64,000 nucleotides of DNA from Octopus vulgaris (GCA_951406725.2 OX597824.1:51150001-51214000), one strand, 5' to 3'; shown: positions 1 to 13,957, counted from the stretch's first letter. Notes: generated from the sequence alone by a model not told the origin. Translations and numbers: made by a program.

Positions 1-269
1 CGTCCCGGAAAAAAATTTAAAATGCCCCCTCCCTCCAGAAGTAGAGGTAGGCTAGATTGTAGCCACACTTCTATACAAGAGGGAGGACAAGATACAATTG
101 ATCGAAATTACAAGAGACGGGCTAATAATTCCAGTCTGTTATATATTTTGAGTATTGTTATCACTAACGATATCAAGATATAACTTTGTATTTTGTATTT
201 TATGTGTAGATGTATATATATAGATGTACATGTAATATGTACACATAAACATACACATATATACATGCA

Positions 270-309
270 CTAGCACTATGACCCGGCAACGACGGGTCTT
301 TAATGCTAG
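270..309. mobile_element. Short Helitron-like terminus (hairpin flanked by CTAG on both strands)
   Basis: CTAG at 270-273, hairpin GACCCG-gcaacga-CGGGTC at 280-298, CTAG at 306-309; resembles the hairpin+CTRR ends at 44926-44952 and 63889-63916. Confidence 0.4.
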
Positions 310-323
310 TATATATATATATA

Positions 324-731
324 TACTCTTTACTCTCTTTTACTCTTTTACTTGTTTCAGTCATTTGACTGCGGCCATGCTGGAGCACCGCCTTTAATCG
401 AGCAAACTCGATCCCGGGACTTATTCTTTTGTAAGCCCAGTACTTATTCTATCGGTCTCTTTTGCCGAACCGCTAAGTAACGGGGACATAAACACACCAG
501 CATCGGCTGTCAAGCAATGCTAGGGGACAAACACAGACACACACACACTCATATATATATACATATATACGACGGGCTTCTTTCAGTTTCCGTCTACCAA
601 ATCCACTCACAAGGCTTTGGTCGGCCCGAGGCTATAGTAGAAGACACTTGCCCAAAGTGCCACGCAGTGGGACTGAACCCGGAACCATGTGGTTGGTAAA
701 CAAGCTACTTACCACACAGCCACTCCTGCAC
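324..731 (-). mobile_element. tRNA-derived SINE, family 1 (CORE-like, octopus type), full length
   Basis: Minus strand begins GTGCAGGAGTGGCTGTGTGGTAAG (A box), then GGTTCAGTCCC (B box-like), a CORE-like TTGGGCAAGTG, an internal TA/CA microsatellite and a (GTAAAAGA)n tail; more than 12 related copies in the window. Confidence 0.9.
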
Positions 732-734
732 TTT

Positions 735-945
735 TATTCTTTTACTGGTTTCAGTCATTTGGAGCACCGCCTTTAGTCGAGCAAATCGACCCCAGGACTT
801 ATTCTTTGAAAGCCTAGTACTTAGTCTATTGGTCTCTTTTGGCGAATCGCTAAGTTACGGGGACGTACACACATCAGCATCGGTTATCATGTGATGTTGG
901 GGGGACAAACACAGACACACAAACATACACACACACACACACATA

Positions 946-1008
<63 letters not shown>

Positions 1009-1163
1009 TACGACGGGCTTCTTTCAGTTTCTGTATGCCAAATCTACTCACAAGGCTTTGGTCGTCCCGAGGCTATAGTAGTGGCCAAGGTGCCACGCAG
1101 TGGGACTGAACCCAGAACCATGTGGTTCGTAAGCATGCCACTTACCTCACAGCCACTTCTACG

Positions 1164-1165
<2 letters not shown>
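735..1165 (-). mobile_element. SINE family 1, second adjacent copy
   Basis: Colinear with 324-731, with a small deletion in the CORE-like part and an expanded internal (TA)n. Confidence 0.9.
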
Positions 1166-1234
<69 letters not shown>

Positions 1235-1236
<2 letters not shown>

Positions 1237-1478
1237 TTTATTTAAAAGCACCAAAAATATCACAAAAATTGTTACTCAGAGTTTCACATTTCCGTTCGTC
1301 GGATAGATTTGTTTAGAATTATAAACAAAAACCTCCGACGAATGGGAACGTGAAACACTGAGTAACAGTCTTTGTGATAATTTTACTGCTTTTTAATAAC
1401 GCATATTACTCTACCTCTGGCATTCGAGTACTATTTTTTCCATCTTGTTTCGCATTCATGTGCTTACTCTGGTACATA
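1235..1478. mobile_element. Inverted PLE pseudo-LTR remnant with minimal hammerhead-like motifs
   Basis: Inverted arms about 1240-1303 and 1334-1398; plus arm CCGACGA-atgggaacgt-GAAA-cactga-GTA-acag, minus arm CCGACGA-acggaaatgt-GAAA-ctctga-GTA-aca; next to (TA)n. Confidence 0.6.
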
Positions 1479-1544
1479 TATAAAGCAAATAAGTAACCAG
1501 GATGTCCTGGTATCTGTATATATATATATATATATAATAAATTT

Positions 1545-1880
1545 ATGGTGATTTTAGAAAAAACTTCCCAGCTTCTCATATGTACAATAAAATCTCCGGT
1601 AAGACAATCAGAATCTTGTATCCCACCCTTCCTAATATAGATACTATTATTATCCAGTTTAATAGAAGAAATATAATATCCCCAGGGATTGGTAATAATA
1701 ATATTGTGAATAGTGCTTTAAACCCTTGTAATTATGATAATAATAGTGGGCATGTAGGAATCGAGGTCAATAAAACAATATAAACAATGATACCGCTAGA
1801 TATAACTCAGGCATTACCAATGCAGCACATGATACTATAATGAACTTAAGTGGTACTATACATGATAGAAATAATTCTTC
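1545..1880 (+). pseudogene. Penelope-like (Naiad-type) RT/endonuclease linker fragment
   Basis: FRKNFPASHMYNKISGKTIRILYPTLPNIDTII resembles the PLE motif KHFP..H...KIFN.NTIKISYSCLPNI..II. Confidence 0.45.
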
Positions 1881-2005
<125 letters not shown>

Positions 2006-2287
2006 TCCCCAGCTGCAAGTTTAGGGTAAGATCCCAGTCCCTGTTATTAGATCGTTGTTTAGCCCAAAATGTTGTTTACAAATGTAGAGTGATGACTGAA
2101 ACTAGTAACGTTATTTACATCCGGTGCTCAATTGATATGAAGTAACGCCTTAATAACCTTCGTTCATGTTTGAGGAGCGTAGACTCAAACCCACCTGAAG
2201 ACCCGTTGTTCTCCCAAAAAGAAGAAACGTAGTCAAAACTCCAGTGGGGCAAATTTAGCTACGAAACCTGCTCACGATAAAATCTGT

Positions 2288-3016
2288 TTGGATTTTCCCT
2301 CACTTGTCCTTCCCATAAATGCCATTGCTCAACCAATTCTGAACGATCTTGATGTGAGTTCATCTGGGGAGTGGTACTCCCCTAAACCGAAGAAGAGACA
2401 GTGCAGTTCCAAACTAGGCAGGAAAGTTATGACCACTAAACCCATTCCGATCGACCCCAAAGTCCGATATAAGTCTGATGGCTATGAAACCACCCTTTCG
2501 AAATCATCCAACGAAGAATCGAATGCCGCAGCTCATAGTAGAGAACAGAAAGACCATTTTGCCCACTCAAGATCAGCAATCATTTATGGTAAAGCTGAAT
2601 CCACCTGTGATACAGGTATAAACCGCCTAAAAGAAGACATAAATTTTGTTTCCGTTTTAGTTGGAGAATTGTTCTCTGTCAACGAAAATGTCAGTATCCA
2701 TAAGGTCGCTCGACTAGGAAGATTCCAAGCAAACTCAACCTCAGACACTAGACCACGCCCAATAAGAGTAATCTTTTCTTCCGATCAGGAGGCTTCAACC
2801 TTTCTGAACAGAGCTCAGACACATGCCTGAGAGGACCCCAATATGGGTTTTCGCGAGGAATACTCACTGAGAGAGAGAATTTGCCGGAGAAACCTAATAT
2901 CCGAACTGAAGATGAGAAAATAGATGGGAGAGAAGGGTTTACGCATCCAAGATGGACAAATAATCAAGTCCTACCTCTGGTCGCATGCTGTAGTGCTGAC
3001 AGGGAAAGTGAATTGA
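2288..3016 (+). pseudogene. LINE ORF1-like protein, disrupted by two in-frame stops
   Basis: RLGRFQ...RPRPIRVIF motif; reading through TGA (2828-2830) and a later TAG gives FREEYSLRER...ELKMRK*MGEKGLRIQDGQII, typical of CR1-group ORF1 C-termini; stop at 3014-3016. Confidence 0.75.
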
Positions 3017-3099
3017 GGGCGAATCGAAGTAATGTAGATACCCCCGTCAACGATGCTATCTCTGATACCCCTTATTCTGCTTGTTCCCCAATTCCCGCC

Positions 3100-4562
3100 C
3101 CTCAAACTTCACAGCTCAGCATCGTCTATACCAACTCGTGCTCCTTATTTCCAAAGTTCAGCGAACTATTTACACTGGCCATGCGCGATTCCCCTGATGT
3201 GATAGCTATCACCGAGACTTGGCTGAGTCCAGCAGTAAAGGACTCAGAAATCCACCTACAGGGCTACGCCCTCTTTAGATGTGACAGAGAGAAAAGGCGA
3301 GGTGGAGGTGTTGCTGTGTATGTTAAATCTGATCTCAAACCGTCCAGCGGTACTCTACCCACTGATGCTCAACCTACAACAAAATTCGATGCCTGTCCGG
3401 GTTTTGCCTGCCCGTGTTAGATGTCTACAGGCCGCCTCTTGCCGACCCCCAGGACGATGCTCATTTACTCGAAACGATAAGATTCATTTCAGCTTCTCAT
3501 GACTGTTTGATATTAGGAGACTTCAACGCTCCCACGATCGATTGGCCCGCATCAATTTGTACATCATCTTCCCGGTTCGGCCAGGCCCTTCTTGACGTGG
3601 CTGAAGATTGTTTTCTATCGCAACGTGTCGAATATCCGACAAGGCATCGGTCTGGGCAGCAGCCATCTATGCTGGATCTGGTATTCTCCCGCTATCCAAG
3701 ATCAGTGTCAGACGTATCTGTGTGCACCCCTCTTGCCAAGAGTGATCATGCGGTCCTGAAGTTCGTCATGCACACAACTTTTTCTACGCCCACGACTACT
3801 TCACTGCTACGTAGAGTCTTCTCTGCAATTAATCTTGAAATTCTAACCGAGGCTTCCGCGCTTCTGGACTGGCGATCCCTGATGACGTTGTCCTCAGTTG
3901 ACGAACTATGGTCGTCCCTCAAAGCATATGTAATCTGGTTGACTGACCAAGCAGTTCCCGTTGGGCTTCCCAAGAAGAAGAAACACAAGCCCTGGGTGAC
4001 GAAGAAGGTTAAACGAGAACTTCGACTCAGAGATATTGCTTGGGCTGAATTCAAAAATCTGGATTCGACTGCAGCTTTTGAGGTGTACAAAACTCAACGA
4101 GACCGAGCCGTGAAAATTGAAAAGGAAGGACGCTTCAGATATGAATACAGAATCGCGGCAAACGCCAGTAGCAATCCAAAAACCTTCTTTGCCCATGTCC
4201 AACGGAATTCCCGCTTGAACAACCAAATTACAACGTTGATAGACTCAACAGGGGTATCGATTGAGGACCCTTATCAACAGAGTCAATTATTTGCCGAGGC
4301 TTTTTCAACTATTTTCAAACAAGATGATGGTCGTGAACCCCCTCCATTTGATAGATCGGTACCTCCAATGCTTCGATTGGTCATCACGCGGGACGAAGTC
4401 GAACGCGTTATTCAAGGCCTCGATGTCAACAAGGGTCACGGCCTTGACGGCATACACCCACGGGTTATCAAAGCGTTGGCTCCTGTCATCTACGAGCCCT
4501 TAACACGTCTATTCAATATGTCATTGGCGACGGGTGTTATACCTGCGGACTAGAGAACAGCA
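3100..4562 (+). pseudogene. LINE ORF2: AP endonuclease and RT N-terminus, frameshifted
   Basis: YTN..SL..K, DVIAITETWL, DR..RRGGGVAVYV, YRPP, ILGDFN.PTIDW, PTR, LDLVF, SDH; then GLDGIHP...PL..LFN.SL.TG.IPAD* (W to stop); frameshift near 3400-3420. Confidence 0.92.
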
Positions 4563-4565
4563 ATA

Positions 4566-4648
<83 letters not shown>

Positions 4649-4649
<1 letters not shown>

Positions 4650-4721
4650 GTTTATGAATTTGTGTTGCAAGATTCCCGATGTGAAACCGTTTGTTGAAAC
4701 AGATATTGTTGTATTTCGGGA
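4649..4721 (-). mobile_element. Terminal fragment of the same PLE pseudo-LTR family as 52097-53893
   Basis: GCAAGATT...GTGAA...GTTGAAACAGATATTGTT.TATTTCGG matches the reverse complement of 53821-53893. Confidence 0.7.
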
Positions 4722-5050
4722 TTTTATTCTTTCTTTTATTCTTTTACACGTTTCAGTCATTTGACTGCGGCCATGCCGGCGCACCGCCTTTAGTCGAGCA
4801 AATCGAACCCAGAGCCTATTCTTTGTAAGCTTAGTACTTATTCTATCGGTTTCTTTTGCCAAACCGCTAAGTTACGGAGAAGTAAACACACCAGCATCGA
4901 ACTGCTAAGTTACGGGAACGTAGACACACCGATATCGGTTGTCAAGCGATGTTGGGCGACAAACACAAACACACAAACATATACACACACATACATATAC
5001 ACATATATACATATACGACGGGCTTCTTTCAGTTTTTGTCTACCAAATCT
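4722..5050 (-). mobile_element. SINE family 1, head missing, with an internal duplication of about 37 bp
   Basis: Colinear with the 324-605 part of the first copy; GCTAAGTTACGG...ACACACC occurs twice. Confidence 0.85.
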
Positions 5051-5917
5051 AAAACTACGAACAAACCAACAGGAGTTGCTAGAAAAAAAACAGTGAAAAC
5101 ATAAAAGTATACACGAGTAAAGTTAACAGGGAAAACAGTGAAAAACATTAAATCATTCGCAAGCAAATTAAATATTTAAAAGCTACAAACAAACCAACAG
5201 GAGTTGCTAGAAATGACAATAAAATCATTGCTTAAAACAGACTTTTCTTAGTTAAAAAATTCAAGAACGAAAGTTTGCAATCCAATTTAAGAATTTTTAA
5301 AACAAGTGATCTTTCTCATATCTCCTTCTCCACATAAGTTCACAAAGATTAAAATCAACTATGGAACAGTGTGTTTCACACCAGCGTTTTGTTTCCACGA
5401 TTTAAAGATGCCCAGGTATTTTCAATTTGTTGAGAGAGTCCAATCTTTTATGAAAACAAACAATTATAGAACTCGTGGTGCGCAGCATCTTTGGTTATTA
5501 TGAAACAGTTTTTCGCAATCAGTTATGAAACACGTGGTGCTTCTTTGCTTTGGTTACTATGGAAACAGAGTTCTGCGCCACAGTGATGTGTAAAATACTT
5601 GCTTCTGATTGGCTAAAATACCCAAAGTTTTCAAATTTTAAAGACTAATAACTTTTTAATTATGGATTTATTGGAAAAATTAATTTTATTTTCATAATTA
5701 ATATACAAAACTTAATCCATATACCAAATTTGAAAACAATCGGAACTTGTAGACAGTGACGAAAACCACAAATATCCATAACTAGTCATACATACATACA
5801 TCCATACTTACATAAGTACACACATATATACATACATTCACACACACACATGCATACACATACACACACTCACATATGTATGAATACATATACACACACA
5901 TATATATATATATATAT

Positions 5918-6087
<170 letters not shown>

Positions 6088-6583
6088 GGATATAGATATA
6101 GATATATACATATATAGGTGCCAACGCAAGAAAATTTCAGACCTTAAATCATTCTGTTACTTCTGCTAAATATTAATAAAGACATAAGCGTGGTAAGAAG
6201 CTTGCTTTCCAACCTCATGGCGACGTCATTGAATAACTAATTAATTTTATAAAAATAAAATATAAAAAATACCATATCAATTCCATATTTTTGACAATTT
6301 GAAATTTACATGAAAAGTAAAAAATATCAAAAAGCCTAACATAGAAAGCGAGTATATTTAACTACTAAAATTGATGACGTCACTGAATACATAAAGAACA
6401 AAAACTGTAGACAAAAACTGTACATTATACTTAATAGATAACTAAAGAATAAAAACTACAGATAATAATTCTACGTCGCAATAATTAATTACCTAAATAA
6501 TATAATAAACCCTTCTACAGGAATTAACCTTATCTTGTAATAACTGAAGAATTAACACACACACAAACACACACACATATGTG

Positions 6584-6641
<58 letters not shown>

Positions 6642-7201
6642 TATGCATACATACATACATACATGCATACATAGCTGACTTAGGTCTTTTCTCCTTGTTG
6701 AGGCCTCACCACCTAATATATTATATATATATATACATACGTACATACAAGTATACATACATACATACATACATACATACATACATACATACATACATAC
6801 ATACATACATACATACACAGTATTTCCAAATATCTGAAAAATGTGAATGTATATCTGTTCTGAGTTGTAGACCACAGTTTCACCGAAATTTTATGTAAAA
6901 GCATTACCTTTAAGGCGAAATTCGCACGGATATATAATTTTTTCTCATACTGTTTATAAATGCAATTTCTTATATACTAACGTATGCATGTGTGCATCCA
7001 TTCCTAGTATTCAACCGTTATAATAGTCCAAATCATATTTTTAGCTAACTATATTCGACCGGTGCTTTCAGGCGATTACAGTCCCTGTCAGTACATATGT
7101 ATACAAATATGTGCTTTTAGCTCTTATTTCTTGCAATGTAGGTGTTCGAATACCCTAGTCATATTTAGTGACAACTATAGTTTTCCTTTTTGGTAAAACA
7201 T

Positions 7202-7256
<55 letters not shown>

Positions 7257-7261
7257 ATATA

Positions 7262-7560
7262 TGAAGGGTTGAACAGGAAGAACACAACAAGGAGAAAAAT
7301 TAGACGAAACTAGACGAAAACTTAACGGACGGGAAATTTAGGCAAATCACGACACACGGAATATTCGCAGATGATTTTCCCTCGTCAATCAATGACCCAA
7401 AATACCATCGTGGTTTCGTGCCAGTGATCACGTGATCGACAAGCCTATCGGATGTGGTTATACACTGCGCGTCACAACGCATTTTGCATCGTTTAAGCTT
7501 TCAGATAATGCCACTCCATCGGCTAGGCGGATAACTAATCGGATAACTAATTCCTTCGCA
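7262..7560 (-). mobile_element. Decayed pseudo-LTR-like repeat with a degenerate rearranged hammerhead-like motif (7382-7465)
   Basis: Minus: gtgt...tcgat...gcacGAAAcca...attga-TTGACGA-ggg followed by a T-rich tail into (TA)n; same layout as 51221-51840. Confidence 0.4.
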
Positions 7561-7599
7561 AGATTACCCATTTGCAGATTATTACTAATTTACAGATGA

Positions 7600-7713
7600 G
7601 AAACGTGAAAGGAAGTGCTTTGTTCGAGAACGCAATGCGCCACCCGATCCAGGAATCGAAATCACGATGTAGCGATCGTGAGTGTAACTCACTAAACACT
7701 AGACCACGCGCCT
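7600..7713 (-). mobile_element. tRNA-derived SINE head, family 2
   Basis: Minus AGGCGCGTGGTCTAGTGTTTAG...GATTTCGATTCC; homologous to 54352-54483. Confidence 0.7.
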
Positions 7714-7718
7714 ACAAA

Positions 7719-7788
<70 letters not shown>

Positions 7789-8215
7789 TCAATGCTGCAC
7801 CTCGAACACACATGCATACGAATACAATACTGTCGTAACCGATTGTGTACTTCAATAACCAACGTAAAGGTGACCAAAGTAACAATGCATGTAGGGGAGG
7901 TAAATCACTCGTATCTCTTCGGGAAGCAATATTACAAATCCGTCTCAATTATGTGTGCTTGTTTGTATCTTCCGGGTTTCCGAATCAATGGCTCGGATTT
8001 CACCAAACGTCAAACAAATCAAACAGCCCAAATGTTGGTATGAGTACTGACATTGCAAACACATTGTGGGTCACTATTTTACAGAATGTAGAGAGTTCTG
8101 AGGTCCAAATTTTCTTTATTCGGCTTTAGTGACCTGTGTTTTGTTACAGGTGTTTATTATAAGATGTTTTCATCGACCCCTAGATACCTGTAACATTCCT
8201 CATTAGATATAGGCG

Positions 8216-8248
<33 letters not shown>

Positions 8249-8303
8249 TGTATGTATGTATGTATGTATGTATGTATTCATGAATGTATGTATGAATGAA
8301 GGT

Positions 8304-8604
8304 GGAGGCGCAATGGCCCAGTGGTTAGGGCAGCGGACTCGCAGTCGTAGGATCGCGGTTTCGATTCCCAGACCGGGCGTTGTGAGTGTTTATTGAGCGT
8401 AAACACCTAAAGCTCCACGAGGCTCCGGCAGGGGTGGGGGGAGATCCCTGCTGTACTCTTTCGCCACAACTTTCTCTCACTCTTCTGTTGGCCTGTCCGC
8501 TTTGCCAGTGGGGTGGCGTCATTTGAAGGCTAAAACAATGCGAAGCGCATTGTGACCAGCGCTGTGTAGCAACATCTGATAGCCTGGTCGGTCACGGTCA
8601 CGGT
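8304..8604 (+). mobile_element. tRNA-derived SINE with intact A and B boxes
   Basis: TGGCCCAGTGG at 8314-8324 (A box), GGTTTCGATTCC at 8357-8368 (B box), (GGTCAC)n tail, GTATGAATG on both sides. Confidence 0.85.
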
Positions 8605-8990
8605 ATGAATGTATGTGAGATAATATTTATTTCTACTAAAATGTGAGAGTTCTGTTAGAATATACTATAATGCAGTAGATGTCGCAAAGTGCGCACTTCT
8701 TTATATTGCTAGCGGGAGATAAATCCTCGCCATCTCAAGCGCTGACACCATCAGGTCACCTGATTTCAACCTTCCTTGATGGATGCCCGACCGCTAGAGA
8801 TAGCAACGGCTTATCTCCCCGCCACCGATATATGCTTAATCTGTACCAGAACAGGCACTGGTTCGCGAGTAACTTGTGAGCTTCTTAAAAACGAGCGATA
8901 TAGACAAGCGCGTATTTTGCACCAAAAGTCTATACGAGAGTTTCTCTCATGGTATCTACAGCAGAAAATTTTCTTTGATGCATATACATA

Positions 8991-9060
<70 letters not shown>

Positions 9061-9072
9061 TAAAAATTTCGT

Positions 9073-9158
9073 AAGAGATGTTAAAAACTAAAAATAGAAT
9101 TTAATATCCACATACGTATGAAGATTTTAAATTCTATTTTCAGTTTTTAACATCTCTT
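9073..9158. repeat. AT-rich palindrome
   Basis: AAGAGATGTTAAAAACT.AAAATAGAATTTAA pairs with TTAAATTCTATTTT.AGTTTTTAACATCTCTT. Confidence 0.85.
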
Positions 9159-9358
9159 CTCCATTTTTATTATTGTTTATAGTGTTTAATATAAGATTTT
9201 ATCTGATACATACCTATAACGAACTTTTTACTTGGTAATTTCTTCTTTCAATAGCTTGTTCTACCTGTCTATCTTTTGGAGATGATGAATATTTATTAGA
9301 AATATTTCCTTTTTGGACTCCTCAAAAAGTTTGAATCGTTCTATTTGAACTTATTCTT

Positions 9359-9417
<59 letters not shown>

Positions 9418-9431
9418 CATATATATATATA

Positions 9432-11411
9432 CAGAGGTGGGCACCGTTAGTCGAAAAGATAACTTCGTTAATCGTTAATTCGTTGTCTTTGAAAATGTAA
9501 TGGAAGTTAATGTTAATCCGTTAACGTTAACTTTTATTGAAAAAAGGCATATCTATTTAATACCCCAACGACTTTGTTGCTTCATAACTTCCAGAGAAAT
9601 AGATACTTTTTAACGAAACATTCACCAAATAATCGTTTATATTATGTAGATTGGGTATATATACAGATTTATTGGAGAAACATTTTCTGAGGGGTTGGGA
9701 GATGAGTTTTGTAAAATTCACAGGACCCGACATTTCTCCCCTTATAACTTTCTGGAAAATAGGTATTTTTTAAATTTAATTCTAAAAAAATACCTTTCAA
9801 ATGGTGTAGATTACGATCAAAATTTTTAGAAGGGGACGGGGGAGGGGGAGATTTTTCTGAAAAACCAAGTTTCAGATCAGACGACCCACACAAGTTGGAA
9901 TTTCTCCGTTTTGACGGGGATTTTTTTTCCATTATTTTTCACCAAAGTCTTCAGAATAATGGGAGGCATCGTTTCCCGAAAACCCCTCCAGTTTGAAACG
10001 ATTTTGGTCGGTTTTTTTCACTACGCACTTAAAACCCGTGTGAGAAACATATTCGGTTTAAAAAATAATTGTTAATTATTTCAGAAGAAAATGTGTGATT
10101 TAAAGGAGATCTGGCTGTTGTTTCTAGTACATCTCAAATCCTCCCTCCTCGTTTCTTTGTCAGTCACACATCTATTGATATTTTTCAATATTTTTCTTCC
10201 CATTAACAAATTTTATGGAATGACGATGTCAAAATAACACAAAATAACACACGTCCCAACCGAGCGAGGTCGTGTTATGTGTGTATAAGAAAAAAACACC
10301 TAAAAACATCTTTAGTGTTCATATTAATCTGTCAAATGTAATGCTTATTTGTTCATGTTATTTTGAATTATTCAGGTTCAAGAGGATTGACCACAATATT
10401 TGCTTATAACTTTGTAATTTTTTTACATACAGATTTGAAATTTTATTAGTGGGTGCTTTATATACCACTGGTTTATAGTGATGCAATTTTAGTTGATTTT
10501 GCTAAGTAAATTTGACTTTTATGGGCAAGTAAGTTCAATTAACAGGTGTAAAAGCAATAACATTATGGATAAACACTAAAATTTAAATTCTTAATGCATC
10601 TTACCTGTTTGATTTGTTACTAAAATTATTCCAGATAGCACATGGCAAAACTTTTGCCACTTTTCATGATGAGTTACATTAATTTGAATTAATTAAAATA
10701 TAGGTATAATCTGTACAAGATATTATTCTCTCGGTAAATATTTCGTACCTCGGTGTGGAATAATCTTTTTCCACAGTTATTTTTGGGTGCATTCAACGTA
10801 TCTCACCTCCAAATCCACCGCAAGCCACTTTTTTCCGGAAAAGAAAGGTGGGACCTCGAAGTTTCCCATCAAGGGAGTTTTGTTTCGCGGGTTTTTTTCC
10901 ATTTTATTTTGCATGTTTTCAACGAATGTGACATCAATATCACACGTAAACGGCTCCTTTTTCGAGAAAAAGAAAGATTTTTTTTCTAGCATTCCTGCTA
11001 CCACGTAACAGCTATTTGCGTTCACACCGAAATATTTATCAACTTTTTTCCTTCCATTTATTTTTTCCACTTTATGGAAGTCAATATTTTCTCTGTTGAC
11101 ATCCACCTCAGCGAGGTTACGCATCAAGTAGCAATCCAAGCAGGGCCAAACGAGGTCCTACAAGTTATTTATAATAAGTGGCGTTACATCGGGGTTGAAA
11201 GAATGACGCCTTCAAATATTAAATATGCTAAGACAATCTGAAAACAAAAGATTTTTGGGTGAATGGACTTGAGTTAAAGGAAGGTAAATGTAACGGAAGT
11301 TAATTAGTCCGATAATAATTTTTAAAGTGAACTTAAAAGTTAAATCGCTAACGAAAATGTTAACTTCATCACTTAACGATTAACGGATTAACGGACTTAC
11401 ACCCAGCTCTG
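9432..11411. mobile_element. Non-autonomous hAT-like DNA transposon
   Basis: Imperfect TIRs CAGAGGTGGGCA / CACCCAGCTCTG; clustered CGTTAA subterminal repeats on the left and TTAACG on the right; inserted in (TA)n; no transposase recognised. Confidence 0.65.
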
Positions 11412-11442
11412 TATATATATAAATATATATATATATATATGC

Positions 11443-11489
<47 letters not shown>

Positions 11490-11498
11490 TATAGAAGG

Positions 11499-11549
11499 AG
11501 CTTCTACAGGACTAGAACTGTTTCATTCAAGAGCAATCTTCAGGAAGCT
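11499..11549 (-). ncRNA. Type I hammerhead ribozyme motif in a PLE-type terminal repeat
   Basis: Minus: AGCTTC-CTGAAGA-ttgctcttgaat-GAAA-CAG-ttctagtc-CTG-TA-GAAGCT; 6-bp stem I, GUA site, weak stem II. Confidence 0.7.
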
Positions 11550-11759
11550 AGTTAACAAGAATTGTATTGGCATTTATACATTTAGGCAGGTTTAAAGGGG
11601 TGGTGGTGGGGGACTTTTTGGGGGTAGGCATAGCGCAAAAATATCATACTTGGGGGAGTGGTCAAGGAGTCAGTGGTAAATTAGATAAAAGAATAAATAA
11701 AAGAATAAAAAAATATATAGAAGAATAGAGTTTTAGGTAAATAAGGAGAATCTCACTTA

Positions 11760-11866
11760 TACCTATACACATATGTATACATATATACACACACACACTT
11801 ATACATACACACATGCATACACACACACACATATATATATACACACACATATACATACATATATCT

Positions 11867-11909
<43 letters not shown>

Positions 11910-12095
11910 TACACACATATATGCATATACATATACACACACACATGTATATATACACACACGACCACACATACATATACACACACAAAAAAATATATAC
12001 ATACACACACATACACATACACACATACACACACATATCCACATACACACATGCACACACAACACACAAATCCCTATATACACATATATATATAT

Positions 12096-12170
<75 letters not shown>

Positions 12171-12558
12171 CACATATGTGTCCCTATACATACCTACACA
12201 TACACACATATACATACAGATACAAACCCATTCCCTAATTTTAATTTTATTATCTTCATTTATTACTTTTGTTATCTTTGACCGCTGGTCACAAGCATCT
12301 TGGCTACAACAGCAAGTCCATTTATATTTCTACTTGAACACAAGCACTCACTCACGCACGCACACTCATTAGCACGCACACTCACTCATTCGTACACTCA
12401 TACACATACACGCACGTACGCGTTATATTCATACATACATACATCTACATACATTCACATATATACACATACGTACGCGTACCTACAGATTCATGTCTAC
12501 ATATACACCAATAAATATATATACACACATACATATACACCTACATACAAATACATAC

Positions 12559-12608
<50 letters not shown>

Positions 12609-12730
12609 GTATACACGTATACACCCATACATACATACATATATACACATACACACACCCACACGTATACATATACATACATATACGCGCATGCATACAC
12701 ACACACATACATACACATACACATATATAT

Positions 12731-12778
<48 letters not shown>

Positions 12779-13139
12779 ATATACATACATACATATACAT
12801 ATATACACACACACATACATACACATATACACATACACACACATACACATATACATGCGTACCCATACACACACACACACACACGCGCATCCATATATAC
12901 ACATAAGTACACACATGCGTAAAAGTATACATATATCTATACATATGCTTACACATTCACACACACACACGCGCCTCCTTATGTTCATACTTACATGCAT
13001 ACTCAAAAAATAAATAATAAAATATATATACGTGCAGTTATTCATATACATACATGCATACTCAAAAAATAAATAATAAATATTAAGTATATATACGTGC
13101 AGTTAACTATTATACAGACGGATACATACATATAAACTT

Positions 13140-13180
<41 letters not shown>

Positions 13181-13186
13181 CATATG

Positions 13187-13262
<76 letters not shown>

Positions 13263-13363
13263 TATATATACATACATATACATACACATACATATACATA
13301 TGCACACATACACACACACACATACATATATACATACACACACACATACATATACATACACAC

Positions 13364-13399
<36 letters not shown>

Positions 13400-13550
13400 G
13401 TGCAAACATACATACATACTCATACACACACACACACTTACATATACATATATACACACACTTACACACACATATATATATATATATACATATATATACA
13501 TATATACACATATACACATATGTACACATACACACACATATTCACATATA

Positions 13551-13584
<34 letters not shown>

Positions 13585-13599
13585 CATATATACACATAT

Positions 13600-13644
<45 letters not shown>

Positions 13645-13957
13645 CACACCTACACATACACACATATATACATATATACATACATATGCACACATACTCA
13701 CACACACACATATATATACATACATACACATACACATACTTATATATATATACATACACATACACATGCACATACGTATAACTCTACATACCCACATATA
13801 CATATATACATATATACACACACTTATATATATACACATATATATGTATATATACATACACATATATATACCCATCTACAATCTGTATATACACACACAT
13901 ACATGCACATACACATAACTTTACATACCTACATATACATCGACATACTCGCGTACA

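Noticed and set aside
27-131. Hairpin followed by GAAA-TTA...TAA-TA, a possible 3' half of a hammerhead
   Set aside because: The CUGANGA half would lie outside the window, so it cannot be evaluated
5050-5785. Repeat-like block ending in ACTAGT, possibly a Helitron
   Set aside because: No clear terminal hairpin or 5' boundary
8304-8375. Possible tRNA gene
   Set aside because: No closed acceptor stem; it continues into a SINE body and tail
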